Origin: Thermoplasmata archaeon
GTDB taxonomy: Archaea > Thermoplasmatota > DTKX01 > VGTL01
Length of the DNA stretch: 64,000 bases
Assembly (NCBI GenBank): GCA_038851035.1
Contig: JAWCLH010000006.1
Span: 25,769 to 89,768 of the forward strand
Direction: 5' to 3'
Under the pieces are notes generated by a model. The model was given only the letters and a program-made list of their open reading frames with translations. It ran no database searches and was not told where the DNA came from. The position numbers were made by a program, and so were the translations under genes. Positions 45,140 to 52,181 of the stretch are shown here, piece after piece (position 1 is the stretch's first letter; each line of letters begins with the position of its first letter).

Positions 45140-45844
45140 CTACTTCTCTGTAATCACCTTCGTCACCGCGAAGTGGCTGTCCTGATGGAGGAGGGTGAAG
45201 TAGTTCGTGCTGTGCTTCGTGGCGCGCAGCTTGACTATCCTTATCCTTCTCTGTATGTGGATGTCGCCGACTCGCTCCATTTTGAGAAGGATTATGCCGT
45301 CCGCAAGATAGTCTTCTCCATACAGTGCTAGGGGGTCGCCCTTCTGCGTCATCTCAACTGGAAGGAAGGTCGTGACGCCTAGGTCCCTCAGCCACTCAAA
45401 GAGCTCGAAGAGCTCGATGCGGGGCTCCTTGAAGGCGGCGAGGAGTTCCAGGACCGTCAGGGAATCAATGGTGAGGAGCTGGTAGTCGAGGCTCTTTTTG
45501 AGGTTATTGGCGTACATCTTGAAGACCTCCATCCAGCTCTTCTTGCCGAGCCTCATCTTCTTGCGGAGGATGGCCAAGTCCAGAACGCTCAGGTGGGGCT
45601 CGACTTCGTCGTAGACCATGCCGAGGCTCGCCATCTGGGTGAGGACGGACTTGCGGCTCTGCTCGAGCGTAACGAAGAGGCCGGTCCTGCCCTCGACCGC
45701 GTTGTGATGGAGGATGCTGTAGGCGAGCGAGGACTTCATCGTCCCAGGCTCGCCCATGACGAGGATGACGAAACCCTGCGGAATTCCTCCCTCAATGAAC
45801 TCGTCCAAACCCGTTATGTGTGTTGGAATTCGCTCCTCGGCCAT
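45140..45844 (-). CDS. Single-domain KaiC/RecA-superfamily protein with a non-canonical P-loop
   Basis: The sequence reads THITGLDEFIEGGIPQGFVILVMGEPGTMKSSLAYS. The Walker A is GEPGTMKS, with Met where the invariant Gly precedes Lys. A Walker-B-like LLTIDSLT is present. The C-terminal part is IRIVKLRATKHS. Confidence 0.8.
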   Translation of the reverse strand: MAEERIPTHITGLDEFIEGGIPQGFVILVMGEPGTMKSSLAYSILHHNAVEGRTGLFVTLEQSRKSVLTQMASLGMVYDEVEPHLSVLDLAILRKKMRLGKKSWMEVFKMYANNLKKSLDYQLLTIDSLTVLELLAAFKEPRIELFELFEWLRDLGVTTFLPVEMTQKGDPLALYGEDYLADGIILLKMERVGDIHIQRRIRIVKLRATKHSTNYFTLLHQDSHFAVTKVITEK

Positions 45845-45917
45845 GGACCCTCACCCCGAGGAAGTAACGGATTCAGGAGTATAATAATTTTGGCTGGACT
45901 CTGAGAGAGGTCCCTAA

Positions 45918-46613
45918 TTATCTCACCTCCTCAAGAAAAGCCCGAATTGCGGCCCGCATCTCGTCCCCGCTCCCATACCTCTCGAGCCTCATCAGGGGCG
46001 ATGTGTTCCCAGATATCATCGCCGAGAGGGAGTGAACCTCTCTGTGGCACAAGCAGAGCACCGGAATTCTGCGGACGTGTAGCGCATAGGAGATTTCGTA
46101 TCCAACGCCCAGACTCGGCCCAGAAACCTCCGCGACGAGCGCGTCGGCTCGCCGAAGCCAGTGAAGGTCCCTTTCGTAAATGTAAGCGTCAATTGAGCGT
46201 GGCCATGGAGCCCTACCCCCCGGTTCTCCGTCGAGCACTGCGAAGGCCGCTCCTTCTCCCGTCTCCTTGGCCCCTGCGTCTGTCTCTTTCCCGCTCCGGC
46301 CTCCCCGGGCTTCATGCTCTCCGGCCCGCGTCGCTGCGGTCTCTCCCCGGCACTCCTCCCCTTTCTCGTTGAATTTCCCATGGCCGCCCGGCTCCTCGCT
46401 CAACCCCCCCAGCTCGCCCCACTCGACCGTGCCTGAGAGCTCCGTCAGGGCGAGGTGGCCCAGCTCTTCAACGATTCGAACCATCTCATGGAAATTATCG
46501 ACGTATTTTCCTCCCGAGCGCATCGGGCCCGCGCAGTAGACCCGGAGCCGTCCGCTTCCACCGGTTGCACTCTCGACCCTTTCGGCCTCTCCTCCCCTCC
46601 TGCCCGTTTTCAT
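45918..46613 (-). CDS. Nucleoside 2-deoxyribosyltransferase / DNPH1(RCL)-like protein with a ~75-aa charged low-complexity insertion
   Basis: The N-terminal strand is LRVYCAGPMRSGG. The C-terminal core is IYERDLHWLRRADALVAEVSGPSLGVGYEISYA. The start is uncertain: I prefer the ATG at 46613 (MKTGRR...) over the track start at 46766. Confidence 0.6.
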   Translation of the reverse strand: MKTGRRGGEAERVESATGGSGRLRVYCAGPMRSGGKYVDNFHEMVRIVEELGHLALTELSGTVEWGELGGLSEEPGGHGKFNEKGEECRGETAATRAGEHEARGGRSGKETDAGAKETGEGAAFAVLDGEPGGRAPWPRSIDAYIYERDLHWLRRADALVAEVSGPSLGVGYEISYALHVRRIPVLCLCHREVHSLSAMISGNTSPLMRLERYGSGDEMRAAIRAFLEEVR

Positions 46614-46818
46614 GGCCACTTCCCCTAGTTCCCCATTTCCTTGTCGCTCCGAGGTACCGCCACCCTCCCTACACCTCCAATCGCTCGAATACCCCTTTTT
46701 CTCTCCATCCCATCTTTCCCCGGGCCTGTTCCTATCACCCACCAGCCGCTGCCACTCTCTCACCATCCCCCTGGCCCCCTCCTCCCACTCCCTGCGTCCC
46801 GGCCCTCCTGACCTTCGG

Positions 46819-47310
46819 TCACTTCTGGGAGCCTATGTTCCAAAGCTCGTCCCCTACATAATGGAGCGTCCTCACAGCCTTCCCAGGCGACCTCGAGGCC
46901 ATCATCCCGGCCGCGACGAGAGCCCTTCCAATCGCAAGAGGTTTGAGGTGCTTTACGTCACGGACCCAGACGAGCTCTCCCTCCCTTATTGCAGAATCGA
47001 CTTCAACGATGCCGGGGCCCATCACGTCCGCGCCATTGCAGATGAACCTGATCGCCCCCTCGTCCACAGACACGAACCTCCTAGCGGGAGGCCACCTGAG
47101 CAGGCCCCGCACGGTCAGGAAGGGGCCGCGCTCGGTCAGGATGGCGAGCGCCTGATTGCCCATGAGAATGACTTGGAAGTCTCCCGCCTCCGCCATGTCG
47201 ACGGCGTCGTCCTCGCTGAAGGTCCTGACGCCCAGCGAAGCCTCGAGCTCGTCGGCGAGCTTCCTTATCTCCTTCCGCCTGAGCCTGTGCCTGTGCCTGA
47301 GCTCGAGCAC
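46819..47310 (-). CDS. PUA-domain RNA-binding protein (pre-PUA + PUA, COG2016/Tma20-like)
   Basis: The sequence runs FVSVDEGAIRFICNGADVMGPGIVEVDSAIREGELVWVRDVKHLKPLAIGRALV, which is a typical PUA core. The length is 163 aa. Confidence 0.8.
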   Translation of the reverse strand: MLELRHRHRLRRKEIRKLADELEASLGVRTFSEDDAVDMAEAGDFQVILMGNQALAILTERGPFLTVRGLLRWPPARRFVSVDEGAIRFICNGADVMGPGIVEVDSAIREGELVWVRDVKHLKPLAIGRALVAAGMMASRSPGKAVRTLHYVGDELWNIGSQK

Positions 47311-47366
47311 GCCCCTCGAACTCCTCGGGGGATAATGATATTTGCGGGTAGCGAGATTGAGGGGCG

Positions 47367-48425
47367 ATGAGGGAGTGCGGGAATTCCGGAGGGCGGCGTC
47401 GCTACCGCGCGCAGCAGGGCCACCCTGAACGTGGAGAAAAAGAAAAAGAGGCCATTGCGGAGCACTATTGCTCGCTCTGTGGCTCCGGAGCCCTCACCTT
47501 CGTGAGGTATAGCGGCGTTCATCTTTGCAGCAGGCATTTCGTGGCTTTCGTGAAAAAGAAGGTCTCGCGCGAGCTCAGGAAACAGGTCAGGCTCCCAGAG
47601 AGAGCGAGGGTCGCGGTCGCGGTCTCAGGAGGTAAGGACAGCGTGGTCACCCTGAGGCTCCTGCACGAGCTCCTCTCCCCGCGCAGGGGCACAGAGATTC
47701 TCGCGATAACCGTGGACGAGGGCATCAGGAGCTACCGGCCCCCGGCAATCAGGCTCGTTGCGGAGCACTGCAGGGAGATTGGAGTGGAGCACCGCGTGGT
47801 TTCCTTTACAAAAACCTTCGGCCTGACCCTCGATTCTACAAAGGGGAAATGGGGCGAGAGCACCGCCTGCACCTACTGCGGGGTCTTCAGGCGCTACTGC
47901 ATGAACAGGGAGGCGCGGGAGGTCGGGGCGGACGTGCTCGCGACAGGTTTGAACCTGGACGACACCGCCCAGTCGATTCTGATGAACATCTGCAGGGGCG
48001 ACGTGGAGAGGCTCGCGAGGCTCGGGCCACACGAGAGAGTCCAGCCGGGGCTCGTTCCGCGCATTCAGCCCCTCAGGCAGGTCACCGACAAGGAATCCTA
48101 TCTTTATGCTATGCTCAGGGGCTACAAGGTCCACAGCCTGACCTGCCCCTACGCCGGAGACGCCATGCGAAACCGCTTCAGGGCCGTGGTGAGCGAGCTC
48201 GAGACTGCCTCTCCGGGCACCAGATTCTGCATCCTGAACTCGTACGATGCCATCCGGAGGGCTCTCGAGCCCCTGTACCCTCCCGCGAAACTAAGGCCCT
48301 GCTCGTCCTGCGGCGAGCCCTCCGCGGGAGAGTTATGTGAGGCCTGCAGGCTGGTCGGTTTTCTGAAGGGGGCCGGAGGAGGGGCCGGGGAGGCGCCCCG
48401 GAAGCCACCTCGCCGGAGGAGCTGA
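47367..48425 (+). CDS. ncsA: tRNA 2-thiolation PP-loop ATPase (NcsA/Ncs6/TtuA family)
   Basis: The N-terminal zinc finger is CSLCGSG...HLCSRHF. The PP-loop is SGGKDS. Cluster cysteines are present (CTYCGVFRR, CPY). The C-terminal zinc finger is CSSCGEPSAGELCEAC. Confidence 0.88.
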   Translation: MRECGNSGGRRRYRAQQGHPERGEKEKEAIAEHYCSLCGSGALTFVRYSGVHLCSRHFVAFVKKKVSRELRKQVRLPERARVAVAVSGGKDSVVTLRLLHELLSPRRGTEILAITVDEGIRSYRPPAIRLVAEHCREIGVEHRVVSFTKTFGLTLDSTKGKWGESTACTYCGVFRRYCMNREAREVGADVLATGLNLDDTAQSILMNICRGDVERLARLGPHERVQPGLVPRIQPLRQVTDKESYLYAMLRGYKVHSLTCPYAGDAMRNRFRAVVSELETASPGTRFCILNSYDAIRRALEPLYPPAKLRPCSSCGEPSAGELCEACRLVGFLKGAGGGAGEAPRKPPRRRS

Positions 48426-48436
48426 GCGCCGCCCCC

Positions 48437-48440
48437 TTTT
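48437..48440 (+). terminator. Short oligo-T run just after the ncsA stop
   Basis: The TGA at 48423-48425 is followed by gcgccgcccccTTTTcc. This is weak on its own. Confidence 0.3.
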
Positions 48441-48477
48441 CCTCCGGGGCACCATGATTCCTCCGCCCCCTAAAGGA

Positions 48478-48525
48478 GTGGCGCCTCCGACGACGAGCAC
48501 TGCTCGTCGAGGCGGAGGCGACCAC
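48478..48525. other. Long imperfect inverted repeat (hairpin with 4+8+9 bp helices) in a convergent intergenic gap
   Basis: GTGG (48478-81) pairs with CCAC (48522-25). CGCCTCCG (48482-89) pairs with CGGAGGCG (48513-20). CGACGAGCA (48491-99) pairs with TGCTCGTCG (48501-09). I checked these base by base and all 21 pairs are Watson-Crick. Confidence 0.8.
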
Positions 48526-48625
48526 AGGTCGTCCGGGCACGGGCTTCGCCCCTTCCCCGTTGCTTCCGGGAATGAAGCCTTGAGCGTCCCAGCGAAGTGC
48601 GTGAAAGTTCTGTTCGCTTCACAGG

Positions 48626-51600
48626 TTACTTCCCAAGCTCCTTGAGGAAGCTGTCCACCTCGCTGTTTCCTCCCGGTTTCACAGGCAGGGCGGGCTGGGG
48701 GGCGGCCGCGCTTCCGGGAGCGGCCGGGGGGCCGGGCGGCGGCTGGATGGGAGGCGCGGCGAGAGCGGGCGAGGAGTGCTGGGGCGGGGCCGCGCTGGGT
48801 CCCTCCTCGACCCAGCCCGTCGCCGGGGGCTTTTTCTCCTCCCTCGGCGCCTCTCCGGACCGCTCGCCGGGCAGCTCCTCCACGGGCTCTCCCGCGACCG
48901 GGGTCACGGGCCCCGGCTCCTCGAGCTCCGGGGCCTCGCCAGGCTCCTCCTCCTTCTTCCTGTACCTGCCGACGACAACGACGACCGCTATCAGAACCAG
49001 CAGGACCACGATGACCGCCCACACAACCCAGGCGTAGTCGGGGTTCTCGACGCTGACAGTGTAGACCGCCACAGCCTCGTTACCGAGCTCGTCCACGGCC
49101 CTGACCTCGTACCTGTGTACCCCGTTGTCTCCGAGACCTGTGTCCCAGGTGGCGTAGTATCTCCCTGTGATTTCCCGGTATATCATCTCGCGCCACTCGC
49201 CGCCCTCCAGCTTGAGCTCGACCCTCTTCACCTTCGAGCTGTCGGAGATGGTGAACTTGAACTCCACCTTTCCCTGGACCGTTCCGGGGGGAGAGAGCTT
49301 GAAGATTTCGGGGGCGGAGTTGTCCACGAAAACCCTCACGCTCCGCGTGCTCTGGAGGCCGGAGGTGTCGCTCGCGGTCACGGTTATTGTGACGTACCTG
49401 TCCCCGCCCGCCCAGGACTTTGTGTCGAGAAGGGCCTCGTAGAGGGAACTCTGGGGGTTGAGGACCGCCTCGCAGCCCCGCGCCCCTGTGGAGTTGTCCG
49501 GGAAGACCAGCACCCGCGCGATTCCAAGGGCGTCCTGGGCCCGCACCGAGACCCTCAGCACGCCGGCGACTCTGGCGTCAGGTAGGGGCGAGGCGAGCAG
49601 CAGCTCCGGCTCCGAGGAGTCGAAGACGAAATCTGTTGAGACGGTGGTCAGGTGGCCGGCCATGTCCATCGCCCTTATCATCACAACGTGCCTGCCCTCG
49701 CCGAGGCCCGGGCAGGTGAAGGGTTCGCCCGCGGGCCTCCAGCCGGTCCCGTCCAGGTTGTACTCCACCCCGGCGAGGAACAGGTCGCCCGCCTCCAGCT
49801 CGAGGAGCCTTTCTCCTTCCGTATAGACAATCCTCTGGTTGGGGCGCGGGTAGCGAACCATGAGCGCTGGTGGCGTGTTGTCGATGTGGAATGAGACCTC
49901 CTCCGAAGAAGCGAGCTCACCGGTGAGGTCCCTCGCCTCGGCCAGAGCGGTGTAGTTTCCGTCGGGCAGGGAGCGGGTGTCAAGGGAGAGCTCGTAGTAG
50001 CCGCTCTGCGGGCTGAGGGAGAGTCTGCGCGGCGCTAGACCGGAGATGGAGACGCTCACGCTCTCCAGCCCGAGCCCGTCGCCTGCTCTGACCCGAAAGA
50101 CGGCATCGCCGGAGAGGAACTCTCCCTCCAGGGGCCTCAAGAGCTCGACGGAGGGCAGGGAGTTGTCCACAACGACACTGACTGTCCTTTCCGTCCCGTG
50201 GCCGATGGCGTCCCGAGCGAGGAAATCTAGCGCGTGGGGGCCGTCGGGGAGCTCTGAGGTGTTAAGCGCGGCCCTGAAGCTCCCATTCTCCAGAACCATC
50301 GGCGACGCCGGGCGGCCGTCGACCCACCAGCTCACCTCAGAGAGGAAGAGGTCGGAGGCCGACACGGACAGGTTGACGGTGCCCTTTACCCTCTGGCCGT
50401 CGAGGGGAGACAGAACACCTAGCGAGGGCGCGTGGTTGTCTGTTTTGAAGCTCAGACCCTCATAAGCCACCGTCTTTCCAGAGGCGTCCCGCGCCTCCGC
50501 AGAGACGATGTGCTCCCCGTCTGCGAGGCCGGCGGTGTCCAGAGGCAACTCATAGTAGCCGGAGAGAGCGCTGAGGCCAGCGGGCCTCGAGACGCCGTCG
50601 AGGGTTATTGTCACGGAGGATATGGGGGCGAAGGAGGCGGCCAGGGCCCTTATCGTGAGCTGGCCCTCGAGCAGGCTCCCGCCGGCCGGGGAGACGATGT
50701 CCAGCGCGGGCTCGGCGTTGCAGACGATGACTTCCACGAGGGCCTCGGTCGCCCAGCCCGCCATGTCCACCGCCCGCGCCCGAATTCTGTGGGCCCCGTC
50801 GGGAATTCCGGAGGTGTCGATGAGGAAGCTCTCCTGCCAGCCGGGAGCGGCCGGGACCCAGGGGCCCCCGTCCAGTGCGTACTGGGTGTGGGAGGGGTTG
50901 GCGTCGCCCGTCCCGCTCAGGTCGAGCTCGAGGAGGCCCGAGACATAGACGCCGGAAACCGGTGAGTTCAGCGAGAGGGAGGGGGGCGTGTTGTCCACCG
51001 TAAGGGAGACGGACGGAGTGGACACGTTCGTGCCGGCGAGGTCGATTGAGTAGGCCGAGACCTCGTAGTCGCCGTCCTGAAAAGCGCCCGAGGGCCACTC
51101 GTACGCGTACACGCCTCCACCCAGGGTGACCATCGGCGCGTCAATGAAGACGCCGGGCCCGGTTATCAGGATATTCACGTTCATTGAGGCCTCTCCGTTT
51201 GAGCCGCTGATTAGGAAGACCTGCTCGCCCCTGACGAAGCCGGGCACGGGCGAGGAGAAGGCGATGCGGGGTTTGAAATTGTCGAACTTCAGGTCTATGC
51301 TCTTTGAGTCCGTCCGGCCTTCCCAGTCCCTCGCTCTGACGAGAAGGGTGTGCTGGCCGTCCAGATAGAGCGCGGTGTTGAGGCTGCATACGTAATTCCC
51401 GCCGGAGAGTGAGAGGTCCCCGGCGTAGCTCCCGTCAACGAACAGCTCGACGTCCTCGATTCCGGCGCCCTGGACAGAAGCCGTTACCTGCAGCATCCCC
51501 GAGACCGTGGCGCCGGGGGAGCTTGGAGCGACGAGGGTGAGCGAGGGCTCCTGATAGTGAATCGTCAGCGTCCAGGAGTCTATGTAGCCGCCGTAGGTGT

Positions 51601-52042
51601 TGGAGCTCCCGTAGTTGCCCTCGTCCCTGACCCGCAGGAACCACTGCCCGGTGCTCAGCTTGCTGTTGAAGCGGAAGATATCGTAGAACGTGGTCGATAT
51701 CGAGGCTCCGCCGTAGTAGGTCCCGTCCCACACGAGCTGCTGCTCCGTCCCGTCCGGGTGGCGGATGTAGACGTCGATGTCTGCGGCGTCGTTGCCGTTC
51801 TGGTTGGCCCATATCAAGACCTGGACATCTATTCGGGTTATTGCCAGCCCGACATTCACATATATCGGGCTGAGCGCCTCCCTGCCGTACCAGCCGCCGT
51901 TCCCGAAGTAGTAGTCGGTACCATTCGAGAAGCTCTGCGTCAGGGCCTTCGAGCCCGGCGCCCAAATCGGGAGCGCCATTAGAAGCATGGAAGCGGTCAG
52001 ACCCAGCACAACCAGTCTCATTCCCATCCTTTTATTCTCCAT
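48626..52042 (-). CDS. Large type I surface protein: proprotein-convertase P-domain-like module, nine Ig-like modules, a TM helix and a 113-aa Pro-rich cytoplasmic tail
   Basis: It has a signal peptide (MRLVVLGLTASMLLMALPIWAPG). The P-domain-like segment is ITRIDVQVLIWANQ...DIDVYIRHPDGTEQQL...GQWFLRVRDEG...GYIDSWTLTIHY. Nine repeats of about 85-90 aa end in DN.[PK]P. The TM is WVVWAVIVVLLVLIAVVVVVG. A GGAGGT lies 6-7 nt upstream of the ATG at 52042. Confidence 0.85.
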   Translation of the reverse strand: MENKRMGMRLVVLGLTASMLLMALPIWAPGSKALTQSFSNGTDYYFGNGGWYGREALSPIYVNVGLAITRIDVQVLIWANQNGNDAADIDVYIRHPDGTEQQLVWDGTYYGGASISTTFYDIFRFNSKLSTGQWFLRVRDEGNYGSSNTYGGYIDSWTLTIHYQEPSLTLVAPSSPGATVSGMLQVTASVQGAGIEDVELFVDGSYAGDLSLSGGNYVCSLNTALYLDGQHTLLVRARDWEGRTDSKSIDLKFDNFKPRIAFSSPVPGFVRGEQVFLISGSNGEASMNVNILITGPGVFIDAPMVTLGGGVYAYEWPSGAFQDGDYEVSAYSIDLAGTNVSTPSVSLTVDNTPPSLSLNSPVSGVYVSGLLELDLSGTGDANPSHTQYALDGGPWVPAAPGWQESFLIDTSGIPDGAHRIRARAVDMAGWATEALVEVIVCNAEPALDIVSPAGGSLLEGQLTIRALAASFAPISSVTITLDGVSRPAGLSALSGYYELPLDTAGLADGEHIVSAEARDASGKTVAYEGLSFKTDNHAPSLGVLSPLDGQRVKGTVNLSVSASDLFLSEVSWWVDGRPASPMVLENGSFRAALNTSELPDGPHALDFLARDAIGHGTERTVSVVVDNSLPSVELLRPLEGEFLSGDAVFRVRAGDGLGLESVSVSISGLAPRRLSLSPQSGYYELSLDTRSLPDGNYTALAEARDLTGELASSEEVSFHIDNTPPALMVRYPRPNQRIVYTEGERLLELEAGDLFLAGVEYNLDGTGWRPAGEPFTCPGLGEGRHVVMIRAMDMAGHLTTVSTDFVFDSSEPELLLASPLPDARVAGVLRVSVRAQDALGIARVLVFPDNSTGARGCEAVLNPQSSLYEALLDTKSWAGGDRYVTITVTASDTSGLQSTRSVRVFVDNSAPEIFKLSPPGTVQGKVEFKFTISDSSKVKRVELKLEGGEWREMIYREITGRYYATWDTGLGDNGVHRYEVRAVDELGNEAVAVYTVSVENPDYAWVVWAVIVVLLVLIAVVVVVGRYRKKEEEPGEAPELEEPGPVTPVAGEPVEELPGERSGEAPREEKKPPATGWVEEGPSAAPPQHSSPALAAPPIQPPPGPPAAPGSAAAPQPALPVKPGGNSEVDSFLKELGK

Positions 52043-52074
52043 GTTGGACCTCCTCGATGCGTAACCGCTCCCTG

Positions 52075-52094
52075 AGATATTAAAGATATATATC
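52075..52094 (-). promoter_or_regulatory. TATA-box-like AT-rich element upstream of 48626..52042
   Basis: The element gatattaaagatatatatcg (plus-strand reading) lies 33-52 nt upstream of the minus-strand ATG at 52042. Confidence 0.45.
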
Positions 52095-52181
52095 GCGATT
52101 GGTGCGGTTTGAAATCAATTTAAGAAGTTTGCGCCCCGCAAAGGGGCCCGAGCGGAGATACGGTTAAGTATTGAGAAACGG

